Shown here: positions 12,134 through 26,270 of the stretch, in pieces
How the letters are laid out: each line of letters begins with the position of its first letter
Numbering within the stretch: position 1 is the first letter of the stretch
Assembly: GCA_964016885.1 (NCBI GenBank)
Contig: OZ024743.1
Coordinates: 214,396,001 to 214,460,000 of the forward strand
Direction of reading: 5' to 3'
DNA length: 64,000 nt
DNA from: Eledone cirrhosa
Taxonomy: Eukaryota
Program-made: the position numbers and the translations under genes
Notes under the pieces: model-generated
Seen by the model: the letters and a program-made list of their open reading frames with translations, nothing else
Database searches by the model: none
Told to the model about the DNA's origin: nothing

Positions 12134-15100
12134 TTACAGACACATACTCAGAGTAGGCCCATTCACTCGGGTCATTCTTGCCCAAAATGCTGGGAAGAGA
12201 GCACTTCCCTTTCTACCCTTATTTTCGTTTTTAAATGAAATTTGATAAAGTTAATCAGGGCATCACCGAAGAGGTAAGTGCTGGTCTTCAGCCCTTTCAA
12301 ACGTTTCCACCATACTATCTCTTTGGCCATAGCCACCAGAGAGACACAAACTGCCTGCCCTTCCCGGCTAAAGGAAGAGGGCGGGGAAATCCTCACAATG
12401 GACTCAGCTGATAGCTGGATCCGTCCTACACGTGACAGCAGGTGTTCAACATAAACCCACAAGCCAGCAAGGCTCGGACACTGGAGGAGTGCGTGCAGGA
12501 CGGTTTCGTCGCCCTGCGCGCATCTCGGACATGCCTGGCTGACGGCACCTCCATGCCTGTAGAGTTTATCCCGAACTGGCAAAACTCCTCCGTAGCACTG
12601 ACAGGCCAGGGATTTCTGGAAGTTGTCCATAGTCCCCGGCCCGAAAGTCCTTCCGAAGAGAATGGCTAGTTGATTTTCGTCGACGCCTAGAGTTTCACCA
12701 AGTACGTCGTCGCTCATCCCCTCCACTAATCCTATATAGAAAGCCAAGGTGGAGTTTCCACCGATTACATTGCCCGATTGGTCGAGGGCTGTGAGCGCCT
12801 GAAGACATTCCAGTCTCCAAGCGCTCCCTCTCGGTCTTCGCTTGACCCAGGACTGCAGCTCCGTCAAGGAGACGAGCTGGGGAAAGATTGTATCTAGAAA
12901 ACGGCAACCACACCTGATCAGCGTCGAGGAAGAGGTGGAGATGTCGTAGCCTGAGCGCGTATCTGCGCATCATCAGCCACGGCATGCCCAGCACTCCATG
13001 TAGCGGGTGTTGACAGCAGATGGACCGCCTGCTCATCGGAGCGCGTTCCTTCCACAAAAAGCGAAAGAGCAAACGCTCCAGCGCAGTCAGGCGGGGCTTA
13101 GGACAAGGTACGACGGTCAGGTGGTAGTAGATGACGGACGTGATGTACGCGTTAGCCACCTCCGCTCGACCTTTCAGGGATAGCTTCCTCTTCGTCCATT
13201 TCTGGGTGATGGAAGTCACCCTGCTCGTCACCTCGTCCCAGTTTTTGTCCGTCTGGAGGTCCGGACCGAACCAGACCCCTAGCAATTTAACCGGTCCGTC
13301 AGTGCAGCGCCCGACGATGCTGTTGGACGGCATGGACCTGCCTCTCCAGGTGCCGAGCTGCAGACCATCTGACTTTTCCTGGTTGATCATTGCTCCTGTC
13401 ACCGCTTCGTATTCTCTTAGTGTAGTGCCGATCACCTCGATGTGTTTGGCGTTCGACACCACTACGGTGACATCGTCCGCAATGCTGACACGGATCTTCC
13501 GCATCCTAGTTCGCGCGGGACCCACCCTCAACGTCTCCAGTTTGTGCAGTAATGGCTCGAGAGTCAGTACGTACAAGATGGACGAGAGCGGACATCCTTG
13601 GCGGACCGAGCGCATGATGTAGAACGGTGACCGTTCACTCTCACCACAGAGCAGATGTCGCTGTGCAAGGGAGCGATCCAGCCTCTGAAGACGGGTCCAA
13701 AGCCAGCCGCCCACAGGACTGCCGCTAGGTAACGATGGTCAACCCTATCGAAAGCGTTCGACTGATCTAAATAGATCAAGGACCCACCCGTGCCAGGTTC
13801 CCTAACTACCCTCTCTACGGTGAATCGCATGAGGTGGAGGTTGTCGTGGATGGATCTGGCGGGAATGGCGCACGTCTGCGCCTCTCCCACCAGACCACCA
13901 ACGACAAGCGCCAACCTCTTTGCTAACACCTTGTCAAAATCTTGAACTCTATGTTCAGCAGAGTTATGGGCGTGAACTTATCTATGTTATCCCCCTTGTT
14001 CGCATCCTTTCTCAGCAGCTCCACAGCTCCTCGGCTCACAGAGCTGGAATTCTCCCGTTCTGTTGCTAGTTGCAGTAGACGTCCGCCAAGAGGCCTCCGA
14101 ACAAGTCTGGCATCTGTACGTAAAGTTCATAGTGCAGACCATCCAAACCAGGCGATTGAGCCCTTGTGCAGCCAGTCATTGCCTCCCGTACTTCAGCGGC
14201 TGTTATCGGCTTTTCGCAACACTCCGCCTTAGTGGCCGAGAGCTGCGGCAGTCCGTCGAGGTAGACACTAAAGTCCATCCCTCGATCTGGCACGCCGCTT
14301 CCCCCCGAACAGCTGTGCGAAGTGTCGCTGATAAGCATCACACATTTGCGCGGGGTCGAGTAGCATGCGCCCATCGTGGTCCACCAAAGACCGGATCGTG
14401 GCTTTGTTGCCACGACGCGCCTCCGCCACTCGGGCCTATTGAATGGCTTTCGTCACCTCGTGTCTGAGAGCACGCACCCTAGCTCTGACAACGCAACCTT
14501 CGTGCTTTGCATTGAAGAATTTGTGAAGGGCCAATTTCGCTGCAAGTACGTCGGTCGCAAGACCTTTGCTAAGCGCCTCGTCTAATTTTTTAACTAGTTC
14601 TCCCTCTGATCTATTTTTCTCTGTTGCTAAAGCCTTACTAAACCTAATGGACTCTATTCTAATGGCTCTTTTCAGAGCAAACCACCACTTGTTGTTCACG
14701 ATGGCCCCCGTCAACACCCGCTTAACTAGTTCGCTAATCCGGTCTCTGTAGGCCTTGCGCGCTGGTAAGGACGCGTTTAGCATCCAGTAGCCGGGTCCTC
14801 ATCTACGAAGCCTATCTAACTCAAGCACACAGATCACGAATTTGTGGTCGGTGTAGCTGACTATCTTGAATTGTGGACAAAGAAACATATCTTGAATTGT
14901 GGACAGCCTATGCTAGACCTATCTATTTCCGTACAAAATACTCTATCTAGATATGATCTGGATGACCCTATAGGATTTGTCCAAGTCCACATTGGCACAT
15001 TCGGGAAATCCAATCGGTACTTGTCGGACAGTTCAAAACGCCTGAGCATGTTGGTGAGGCTCTTGCACCCTCCTCCCCTATCCACTAATCCCACACAGTC

Positions 15101-15554
15101 CCAGCGTGCATCTAAGATCGCGTTCCAGTCGCCCTTTAACACTAAAGAGCGGGACGTTCCAAGAAAGATCTCCAGACGCCGGAAGAAATAAGGCCGCCCT
15201 GCTCCTGTCGGGGAATAGATGGCCTCTAACCTGAAAGCTTGCCCGTCTCCGCTGGTCAGGTCCAGCACCACCAACTTACCTTCCGGGTCCAGGAAGATGG
15301 CCCGTATGGCGAGATCAAAATCTCTCCGAAAAAGCACAGCAACTCCTCCCCCCCACTCGATCCAGGACGTCTGGGAGATGCGTCCACATCGTAGCCGCCG
15401 TAGATCGGTGTGAAGGCCTGGGCTTCGTATATTCTGGTCTCGCTGATGGCCACTACATCTATGTTTAGTGACCTGAGGTCGTTGAGCAGGTGGCCCTGCT
15501 TCCATGACGAACCAAATCACGCGCATTTATGCTGCCTATTCTGAGTGAAGTCAT
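12134..15554 (-). pseudogene. Element A ORF2: AP endonuclease plus reverse transcriptase, frameshifted
   Basis: Motifs ISET, GVAVLF, IYSP, GDWNAILD, SYLDR, DH, SPGLDGL, LDQSNAFDRVDH, VRQGCPLS, ADDVT, LLGVWF and CPRC..DETVLHALLQC are split across frames. Confidence 0.93.
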
Positions 15555-15713
15555 GTTGAAATGGAGTGGAAAAGATGGGAAAGACCAATTACCTTACTTC
15601 TCGTAGAGGAAGGATGGTTTCTCAATTCCCTTTCACTTGATCATCTGGTGAAGGGACCGTTGAATCGTCCCTTCGGCTGGTCGTCGGCTCTTCTGTGAGT
15701 ATATCGGAATATA

Positions 15714-17301
15714 CTATAGGTTGAGAGTCCCTCCTAGGTCTCTGAAATCACCAACTGCTTTGGGGAATTTCGTTTTAATGTTTGTGTATTGTTTCTGTGC
15801 TATTCTTACCAGTCTTATGTTCGTTGGTGTTTTGATTGGTGCTGGTATTATGTAGTGGTGCTGTGAAATGTCTGTGCGTTCAATTATGTAAGTCATTAGT
15901 TTTTTGTTGCGTGTATTTATTGCTGTGCATTTTTTTTTCTGGGGGTGTGGTGTGGTTCTGCTATTTTCTTGTCGTTGTTGCTGGGTGTGTGTATTTTGTT
16001 GTTGTGTTTGCGATGTTGGTGCTTGTGGTGGTCGTGTCGAAGGTGTTGTTGTTGTTGGCCGTGGGGATGCAGCCGGTGGTGATGGGGGTGCTAGTGGGGA
16101 TGGTGATGGTGTTGGTGGTGTTGCTGCTGTAAGTCTCTTTGCAGTAGCCTTTACCATTTTTTCATTTCTTTCCTCCCTTTTCGAAGGCAACGATGCGCTG
16201 CTTCTGCGTTTGTGCCTTCTTGCGACCTTTTGCCATCCCTCTCCCACCTCACACTCCATGTCCGATTCTGTGAGGTCGGGGAGGGGTACCAGCTCCACTC
16301 TTTCACTTGTTGTTGGTGATGTTTGCAGTGGAGTCTGTTGCAGCTGCAGTTGGTATTACGGTTGTTGTGGTTAATACTTCCACTACTGCTGCTGTTCTTG
16401 AATTCCGTGGCGTGGGTATCGGTGCCACGGACATATCCTTCCTGGTTGCCGCCTGTCCTATTGCTGGTAGCAGTTGAGCCGGTTTCGGAAGGAGGGGGGT
16501 TTTCTCCTTTCTCAGGGTGTTCTCATTGCAGAAGGCCCTGAGGTGAGTCTTCGATCCACAGCGAAAGCATTTCTGGCGTTTGCCCTTAATACTTATGGGC
16601 AGTTGAGTGCCGTTATCGAAGTCTATCACATCCGGGATAGCTTCGATGCACTACTGGTTGGTTTGGATTAACATCTCAATGGAGGTGCCGATCCAATCTT
16701 CTCGTACTTTTTTCTGTACTTGCAGTACAGTTATTTTGTCCTCGATTCTGACGAGGACAGACGCGGCCAGCCAAGAAGGGGCCATCCCGGGGGGGACGTG
16801 AGTCAGTTTGACCCTCACAATATTTTTCCCGCAGTATGAGGGCACCAACACCATTTCCTCGCTCCTTAGGGTCACTAAGGATTGAGCCTTTGCCTCCTGG
16901 GGTGTGGCCAAAAGCACGTCCACGGTGGCATATTTCTTGCCTCGGGTGATATGCGTTTTCCGCTGCCACACAGACCCTAAGGCTTTTTGTATTTGAGCCT
17001 CTGTGGCTCTTTCAACCCTACGGGATTTTGTGCTTACTGTACGGTACGTGACCGTACACTGCTGTTGATCTTCGAAACATTTTTCGGCTGCCTTGCAGAT
17101 TGCTCGGTGTCCGGTTTTCGTCACCATCTTCTTTGCTTCCTATAATTCCTCATTTGTTATAAGGATGGTTTCCAGGTTCTTTGCGATACCTGCAAACGAG
17201 ATTGGTTTTTCTTTCTTGTTGTTGTTGTTGTTGTCGTTAGAGCTGCTGTTAATTTTGTTGTTGCTGCTGGTACTACGACCGCCGCAGCCGCTGTTGCTGT
17301 G

Positions 17302-17332
<31 letters not shown>

Positions 17333-17550
17333 TTATTGTTGCTGTTGCTGCTGCTGCTGTTGTTTTTTTATGCTGCTGATGATGTTGTTGCGGCTGCTAC
17401 TAGTGTTTTCCTTGTCACTGTTGCTGCTGCTGCTGTTATTACGGCTGCTATTCTTCATGACATCAGACTAATTAAATGGCTTTGCGTATTTACCGCACAC
17501 ATTTTTCGTCGTTGTCGTCGTCGTGGAGAAATGTTCCACGGAATGCACGT
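15714..17550 (-). pseudogene. Element A ORF1 (Gln/Asn-rich N-terminus, CCHC knuckle), frameshifted
   Basis: KCFRCGSKTHLRAFC (CX2CX4HX4C). Homologous to the other ORF1 copies. The start position is approximate. Confidence 0.85.
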
Positions 17551-18234
17551 GCTCTTGGTGAAGGCTATCAGAAACTATATTTTTATTTTTATTTAATGGC
17601 GTCGCTTGCGAAAGAGAAGGGAGGGAGAGAGACACATTTAGAGAAGGAAGAGAGAGAGTTAATATTCTATCTCATGTAGTGACGATTGAGGAAGAAGAAG
17701 ACGGAATGAGTGGGAGTGACTTGTGAACATTCTTTTTTGTAGCCATGTTTGTTTTTTTTTGGTTTAAAATGAATATTGGGCACAAAACCCCAATATGCGG
17801 TTATTTAATCCCGAAGTGCCAAATAACGGACAGAAAGATCCCTCTCACGAAGAGGAGGGTGTTTTTATCTACAATTTGGTTCAAGTTTTAAACAATTTAC
17901 AATTGTTATAGCGGTTAAAAATTACTATACCTTACAGAGCCGCGCCTCCGTCAACCATGGCATTCAATAATAATAATAATGAGTTCATTTATTAGCCACA
18001 AGGGCCGACATATAGAGGACAATACAAAAGACTGGGACAGTGGCGTTTTACAGAAAAATCGAGTAAACAATATGAATAAATAAAATAACAATAACAAAGT
18101 AACAATAAAGTAACAAGAAAAAATTCCTTAATAGGGGGGATGACCACCTAGGGTTCGCTCAGGTACCCCACCAATCCTCAACGACCCGACGCTTCGAGAG
18201 CACCCTGGAAGGGCACCCCTCTCCTCTTCAAGTT

Positions 18235-21200
18235 TACCTACACGCGACAACAGCTGTTCAACATAACTCCTCAAGTCAGTAATGCACGGACACTGGACGA
18301 GTGCGTGCAGAACGGTTTCGTCGCTCTGCGCGCATCTCAGACAGGTACGTCTGACAGCACTTCCGTTCCTGTAGAGTTTATCTCGAACCGGCAGTGCCCC
18401 CCGGTAGCACTGCCAAGCGAGGGATTTTTGAAAATTATCCATCGTCCTCGGCTCGAAAGTCCTCCGGTACAGACTGGTTTGTTCGACTTCGTTGACTCCC
18501 AGAGCCTCTCCGAGTGCGTCGTCGCACTTGCCTACAACTAATCCTCTATAGAACTCGAGAGTGGAAGTTCCACTGACCGCATTGTCCGCATGGTAGAGGG
18601 CAGAGAGTGCCTGGCAATATTCCAGATGCCAGTCACCAAGTCTCGGTCTCTTCTTGACCCAGGACTGCAACTCAGTCAAAGAAACGAGCTGCGGAAAGGC
18701 CCGTCTGAAAAATTGCGACCACACCTGTTAACCGTTTAGGCAGAATATCTGGAGATGCCGCAGCGTCAGCGCGTGCCTGTGCATCATTAGCCACTGCATG
18801 CCCAGCCCTCCACGTAGAGGGTGCTGGCAGCAGATGAACCGCCTCACCTGCGGAACCTGACCCCGCCACAAGAATTTGAAGAGGAGCCGCTCCAAGATGG
18901 CGAAGCGCGAACCAGCGGCAAGGGACGACAGTCAGACGGTAGTAGATGACGGACGCGATGTACGCGTTCGCCACCTCCGCCCGACCTTTCAGTGATAGCT
19001 TCATCCCAGCGCATTTCTGGGTAAGACTGACTACCCTCCCCGCCACCTCGTCCCAATTCTTATCCACCTGGAGGTCTGGCCCGAACCAAACCCCTTACAA
19101 CTTTACCGCTCCGTCCGTCCAGCGCCTAACGACGCTGTTGGACGGCATGGACTTGCCTCTCCAGGTGCAGAGTTGCAAGCCCACTGACTTTTCCGAGTTA
19201 AGTTTTGCTCCCGTCAACCTTTCATATTCCTCCAATAAGTTGCCGACCACCTCGATTTCTGAGGTGTCCGACACCATCAAGGTGATGTCGTCCGCATAAG
19301 CCGACACAGCCTTTCCGCGTCTCGGTTCGAGCGGGATGCCCTGCAACAGCTCCTCCTTCCGCAGTAAAGGCTCGAGAGCCAATACGTACATAAGGGAGGA
19401 GAGAGGGCACCCTTGACGGACCGATCGGGAGACCTGAAACGGTTCCGAGAGGTGGCCATTAATTTTGAACATCGAACAGGTGCCGCTGTGCATTGCAGCG
19501 ATCCAGCTTCTGAAGACGGGGCCGAAGCCAACCACCTTGAGGACAGCCTCCAGGTACCAATGGTCAACCATATCGAATGCTTTCGATTGATCTAAATTGA
19601 TCAGAGCCCCACCGAAGCCAGGTTTACACCATACCCTCCCTATGATGTATCGCATTAGCTGGAGGTTGTTGTATATGGACCTGTTTGGGATTGCGCAAGT
19701 TTGCGCCTCCCCACCCAAATCCCCGACGACAAGCGCCAACCTCTTCGCTAACACCCTGGCGAAAATCTTACACTCAGTGTTGAGCGGAGTTATGGGCCTG
19801 AAATTGTCTAATGTGTCCATCTTGTTCTCGTCTTTCCTTATCAGCGTCACTACGCCCCGGCTCACATCACTGGGAATACTTCCGTTTTGCTGCCAGTTGC
19901 AGTAGAGGGCTTCGAGGAGATTGGAGAACAAGTCTGGCATATTTACGTAAAGATCGTAGGGAATACCATGCAAACCGGGTGACTTGCGCCTCATGCAGCC
20001 GACAAGTGCATGCTGAATCTCGGCTGAAGTAATTGACCTTTGGCAGCGCCCAGTGTCAGCCGTCGAGAGTTGCGGCAAGTCTTCGAGGTAGGGACTGAAG
20101 TCCGCCACCATCTCTGACCCGCCACATCCCCCGAACAACCGAGCAAAATGTTGTCGAAAGGCGTCACACATCCGCTTGGAATCGCTCAGCTCGTGTCCGT
20201 CTCCGTCCGTCAAAGACCGAATCGTGGTTTCATTACCACGTTGCGCCTCTGCCACGCGGGCCCATCGAACAGCTTTGGTTCCCTCGTTTCTCAGAGCACG
20301 CGCCTTAGCTCTGACAATGCAACATTCGTGTTTCGCATTGAAGAACTGGTCTAAAGCCATTCTTGCCAATAGCACGTCAATTGCAATGCCAATACCAATA
20401 GCCTCGTCTAACTTCTCTACCAACTCCCCCTCCTTTCTATTTTTCTCTAACGCTATTTCTTTGCTAAACTTTATCGACATTACTCTAATCTCTCTTTTGA
20501 GAGCCCCCACCATCTATTATTGACGACTCCCCCTGTCAACTTTTTCTTAACTAAATTGTTTACCTGGTCCATGTAAGCCTTACGTACCGGAAATTACATG
20601 TTTAGCTTCCAGTAACCAGGTCCTAACCTACGTGTCTTATCTAGGTCGACCATACAGATCACAAATTTGTGATCTGAATAGGCGACCGTTTCAAAACATG
20701 GATAGCTTACACTCTTTCTGTCTATTTTCCTAATGAATATCCTGTTTATATACGATCTAGATGACACTACGCTGTTAGCCCAGGTCCACACTGGCGCATT
20801 AGGGAAATCTAGTCGGTACCTGTCAGATAGTTGGAACTGGCTGATCAGGTTCTTGAGGCTTTTGCACCCCCCGCTCTTATCGGATACTCCAACACAGACC
20901 CAGAGTGCGTCTAAGATGCGTTCCAGACCTCCACTAACAGTAAAGGGCGAGACGTGCCCAGAAAGGCTTCTAGGCGTCTAAAGAAGTCCGGCCGTCTTGC
21001 CCCAGTAGGAGCATAGACGGCCACCAGTCTAAAGGCACCAGCTTCGTTATTCTTCACGTCCAGGACCACAAACTTCCCGTCTGGGTCCCGGGAGATCGAC
21101 CTTATCTCGAGATCCAGGCCTTTCCTAAACAGCACTGCCACCCCACCTCCCATTCCCGGCCGGCTAACAGATGCATAGATCTGATAGTCGTCGAAAATGG

Positions 21201-21348
21201 GGGCTAGTGCGTGCGTGTCGGAAATCCTGGTCTCGCTGACGGCAATTACATCCATTTCTAGAGACCTGAGGTCATTGAGCAGGTGAACCTGCTTCCAGGA
21301 CGATCCCAGGCCTCGAACATTTAAACATCCTACTATTAATACGGCCAT
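18235..21348 (-). pseudogene. Element B ORF2: APE plus RT
   Basis: CLNVRGL, AVSET, VYAP, SDH, GYWKLN, FRPIT, LDQSKAFD, VRQGCPLS, AYADDIT. Confidence 0.93.
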
Positions 21349-21380
21349 GTTGGCAGGTTAAAAAGAGAGAGAGGAAAGGT

Positions 21381-23288
21381 TTACTTACCTTCCGGGCGCT
21401 TGTGAAGGTCGGGTTGTTCGATCTCCATAGTTGGTGGGGTTTCTTTTGGGAACCCCTTTAAAAGTCTTGAAGTTGGTTTTACGTTCGGAGTTCCCACGTC
21501 CCGAGGAAAGCTGTCTCGTATTTCTTTATATAAAACGATCGACATTCGCACCAGAACCAAATCTTCCGACACGCGAAATGTGCTCGATTTAAAAATGTCC
21601 CCCTCTTTTTGTATATTTTCACTTCGTGCTACGAGGGCCATCAGTTCCTTGTTGCACGAAGTTTTGTATGTTTTGTTGGTGTTGTTGCGGTTGTGTCTGT
21701 GTTTGTTGTGAGTTCGGTGTCTTTGGTTTCAGATGTTTTTGTGTATATTTGTTCTTGCGTCTGTTTATATTGTTTGCGTTTGGGGGATTCTGGTGATGGT
21801 GGTGTTGATGTTGGTGTTATTGGAGAGATGTTTACGTGGGTGGTGTCTTCGTTTTCTATTGTGGGTCATTGTGTTCTTTGTTGAGTTTTTTTGTTTTTTT
21901 TGTATTTCCTTTTTTTTGTATTTTGGGGGATTTTGTTTTCCCTCATCTTCACTATTGATAGAAGAGGGGTCTGTGTCTGTAAGTGTGTCTGTATGTATGT
22001 TTATGGTTTTATTGGTGTCTGTATTTTTTTGGGGGGGAGGGGGAATTTAACAGCTTTCCTCTTTTCCCTCCTGGGTGGTCAATATTTGTGGTTGTCCTAT
22101 CGGTGTTGTTGTTGGTGGTTTTGCCGGTGTTGGTGTTGGTTGTGGTCCACGCCCCGGCGTCGGCAGCATTGGAGCCTTTCGACCCCTTGCATTATTCAGC
22201 AGTCGAGGGCAGAAGGCTCGCAAATGGGTTTTTTTTTCCCACAAACAAAACACTGCGGCCTTTTGCCTTCGGTTATAATGTGAATGACCGTCCCATTCTG
22301 AAGGCGGATGTGGTGCGGGATTGTCTTCACATTCTCGCGCCTGATCTGGAGAAGGATCTCCAGGTCAATCCCGGACCAGTCCTCATGGCCGTTCTGGTCA
22401 CTTCTATAGGGACGGTATCCGTCCCCTCCACAATCACACACCCCAGAAGCCACCACATGTCAAGTTCCTGGTGGTATTCTGGGAATGCGGAGACGGGCCG
22501 ATCTTTTTCCCATGTGGGAAGCTTACATTATGACCCAGCTGGTTTTGCAAGGAGTCATAGCGTGTTTCATATCGAGGGCTTCTGACTTGAACAAAACCGA
22601 AATGGTGCCGTACTGTCTACCCCTCTCTATGTATTCGGTGTCTTCTCTGATGTAACTCAGCGCGACTTCGACATATTCTTGTGGGATTAAAGCTGCCCAT
22701 TTTGGTTTGTGATGAGATGCATCTATAATGCACCGTTCTGCGCTCCACTGCCTCAATAGCTTCTTCCGGGACAGTCAAGTTAGCCCAGGTTTGCTCTTGC
22801 TTGATGAGCTTCCATGCCTGGGCCAACATTTCATCTTTGTTTGAGAGGTCCATGTTGAAGCATGGCCTCTTTTTGCTGCCGCAGCGAAAGTGTTCTTCTT
22901 GTTTTCGTTGGGGCTGTTGTGGTCGTTGTCGTTGTTCTTGTTGGTGTTGTTGTTAGCACTGTCGCTGTTATCACTGTTGTCTTTGTTGCCACCGTTGTTC
23001 TCGGTGCAGTTGGTATTGTTGCTATTGGTGTTGTCGCTATTTGTTTTCATGTTAGTGGTGTTGCATTTGTTAATTTTTTTTTTTGGTATCTGTATTTTCG
23101 TTCTCGCTGTTACTGTCATTTTTTTCAAAATTAGAGTTCTCATTGGTATCATTGGTGTCTTTGTTTACATTGTTTGTGGTGGTGTTTGTGTTATCAATGA
23201 GTGTTAATTTCGCTGTAGCGCTCTTCTCAACTTCTACGTCGTTGTCGCACGACATCAGACACATCGCTGGGGGGCGTAGCTCAGCCAT
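21381..23288 (-). pseudogene. Element B ORF1 (Asn-rich N-terminus, CCHC knuckle)
   Basis: RPQCFVCG plus KTHLRAFC across a frameshift. Homologous to the ORF1s of A and D. Confidence 0.85.
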
Positions 23289-23492
23289 GTTTTTTTTTCA
23301 CCGTGAATTTTTTAACATGTAAAAAAGTTCAAATATTTGGGCCAAAAGGCCCAAATATTATACTTTCCTCTTCACAGGGCAAAGTCTAAGGGCGTATATC
23401 CCTTACACAACAGGAAATATTTAACAAAAAATAATTTTAACAGGCAAATAAAGCGAATTGTTGGGAGCGAGCAAAATACGTCCGATTAGACC

Positions 23493-23536
<44 letters not shown>

Positions 23537-26125
23537 GAAGAAATAATCAAGCAAAAAGTGTCGGCCAAATCTGCGCGTATAAGGCGCTTTGAAAAACGAT
23601 CTAGATTCTATAAGGACAATAATATGTTCAAAAACAACCAAAGAAACTTCTACAGAAAAATTGGTAAGTCAACAATAGCTGCTAAATCAATACCACCCAA
23701 GGAGGAAGTGCAATAATTCTGGGAAAAAATCTGGGCCGAAGAAAAAGTTCATAACATACATGCCCCATGGATAGACAGACAAATGAAAGATACAGCTCAC
23801 CTTGAGGAACAAACATGGGAAAATATAACAGTTGAACAGTTGCGCTTGGCTCTAAGAAAAACCAGCAAATGGAAATCCCCAGGAAAAGACAAAATACAAA
23901 ACTTTTGGATAAATGCCTTCACAGAGTCTCATGAGCTGTTAGCCCAACTTTACAATGAAATAGTTAAGGAGCCAGAAAAGATACCTTCATGGCTAGTTAA
24001 CGGCATTACATTCCTGCTTCCGAAGAATGATGAGACAAACAATTCCAAAAATTACAGACCGATAACTTGCTTGACCACAATGTATAAAATTTTAACATCA
24101 GTCCTAACTGAATACACATATGACCACCTGATAACAAATGACCTATTTCCCATTGAGCAGAAAGGGTGTAAACGAGGCTCATATGGCTGTAAGGATCAGC
24201 TTCTGGTTAACAAAATGATACTGGAAGATTGTCATAATAGACACAAAAATCTATCGATTGCTTGGATAGATTATAAAAAAGCATTTGATAGTTTGCCACA
24301 CAGTTGGATTAAAAAATGTTTAGAGATGTTCAAAGTATCCCCCGTTGTCAGGAGGTTTTTGTCATTCAGTATGAAGACATGGAAAACGACACTCCTTTTG
24401 AATAGTGAAACAAAATCACTGGAAGCTGGAGAAGTTAATATTAATTGTTGAATTTTTCAGAGTGACTCTTTATCACCGCTTTTATTCTGCATCGCACTTA
24501 TACCATTAAGTAAAATGCTCAATGAAACAAAACATGGATATAAAGTCTATGACAAAACCATTAATCACCTGTTCTACATGGATGACCTGAAACTATTTGC
24601 AAAAAATGATGAACAATTGCAAGGGCTATTATCCACTGTGAAGCAGTTCAGTGATGACATTAAAATGGAGTTTGGACTAGATAAATGCGCCAAAGCAACG
24701 TTCACCAGAGGAAAGCTGCTGAAGAGTTCAGACATTAATCTTGATCGGGGGAACGTGATAAGAGAACTTGATCAAGAAAAAACTTACAAATATCTAGGTG
24801 TTTGTGAAGGAGACGGAATCAAGCACTCGACAATGAGGGAAAGGATAAGGAAGGAATGTTACCGCAGAGTGAGAGCAATCTTAAGAACGGAATTGAATGC
24901 AAGGAATAGGATCGATGCCATAAACACGCTTGCCATACCAGTAGTAACCTACAGTTACAATGTCATCAACTGGTCAAGCACAGAGATCCGTAGGCTCGAT
25001 ACAAAAATTCGAAATTTCTTAATCATGCACAGAATGCATCACCCTAAAGCAGATATAGATATAATATATCTCCCTAGGAAAGAAGGAGGACGTGGGTTAA
25101 TCCAGTTAGACATTGCGTTCAAAACTGCAACAATTGGATTATCTACATATCTAAGGGAATCAGATGATTGGATGATCAAACTCGTTTTGAAACACGAAAG
25201 CATCAAAAGATCATATTCCATTACAAAAGATGCACACAGATACAGTAATGGACTACACATTTCAGAAGTCCCATTTACTGCTGAAATGGAAAACACAGGA
25301 AAAGCAAAGCCGGTAAAAGTAACTGCAAAGAAAGAACTGCTACAGAAACTGGCTAAGAAATGGCAAGAAAAGCCTCTGTATGGAAAATACCCAGAGCGAG
25401 CTAACAATCCTGATGTTGACAAAACTTTAACCCATCAGTGGTTGGCATCCTCTGGACTGAAATCGGAGACTGAAGGACTGATTATATCGGCACAAGATCA
25501 GTGTCTGCCAACAAAAAATTACCAAGCCAACATAATAAAAAATGGGAGCAGCCCATTATGCCGTGTATGCAAAAAACAACCAGAGACCATTGACCATATA
25601 ATTTCAATGTGCAGTCCTATAGCTCCAACCGAATACCTAAACAGGCATGACAGAGCTGCACAATACATACATTGGATAATGTGTAAGCATTTTGACCTGC
25701 CCCATCAAAAGAATTGGTGGGAGCATCAACCACCTCCCATACTTGAAAAAGATCACATCTCAGTCTTGTGGAACTTTAGCAGCCAAACAGACCGAAAAAT
25801 AGATGCAAACAGAGCTGATATAATATTGAAAGACTTTCAGAAGAGGGTATGCCTACTAATTGATATGTCTGTTCCAATAGACAAGAATGTATCTATAAAA
25901 ACATTTGAAAAATTGAGCAAGTATAAGGACCTGGAGATAGAAGTTGGAAAAATGTGGAAATTGAGAACTAAAACAATACCAGTGGTTGTAGGCGCTCTGG
26001 GAATGATACCCAAGGGGTCTAATGATTACATATCGCAAATCCCAGGAAACCCGCGTATAGGAGACATACAAAAGATAGTACTAATGGGAACTGCCCATAT
26101 ACTAAGGAAGATTCTGTCAATATAA
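23537..26125 (+). pseudogene. R4/Dong ORF (RT, CCHC, RLE) with a single in-frame TGA at 24449-24451
   Basis: SPGKD, YRPITCL, EQKGCKRGSYGCKDQLL, WIDYKKAFDS, DSLSP, HLFYMDDLKL, FGLDKC, YKYLG, CRVC..ETIDHI..C, RHD, (P>A)D..D, EKLSKY. ORFs 23783-24451 and 24515-26125 share one frame. Confidence 0.92.
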
Positions 26126-26270
26126 GTACATCACAAGTCTAAACACTAAAGATGCATGTGTGAATATGTATGTTCTTTCTTGAACATGGCGGACCTTGTT
26201 GTCTCTTGAGGTCACTGGTTGTGACTTGGTGATAACTCGTATGAACATAAAGCAAGATAAATGCAACTGT
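23537..26270 (+). mobile_element. 5'-truncated R4/Dong-clade non-LTR retrotransposon (RT plus restriction-like endonuclease) inserted in (TAA)n
   Basis: Flanked by (AAT)n at 23493-23536 and 26271-26294. The ORF carries R4-clade motifs. Confidence 0.9.

Larger units (their letters stand above)
11883..17965 (-). mobile_element. Full-length decayed L1/Tx1-type LINE (element A)
   Basis: Has a 5'UTR, ORF1 with a zinc knuckle, ORF2 (APE-RT-cysteine motif), and a 3'UTR with AATAAA and a (TTA)n tail. Confidence 0.93.
17981..23492 (-). mobile_element. Near full-length decayed L1/Tx1-type LINE (element B)
   Basis: Same organisation as A, flanked by (TAA)n at 17966-17980 and 23493-23536. The ORF2 C-terminus is deleted at ~18235. 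Confidence 0.93.

Noticed and set aside
24449-24451. In-frame TGA in the R4/Dong ORF as possible selenocysteine or readthrough
   Set aside because: It replaces a conserved Gly of the GIFQG motif (GGA>TGA), not a Cys, and other conserved motifs are also mutated.
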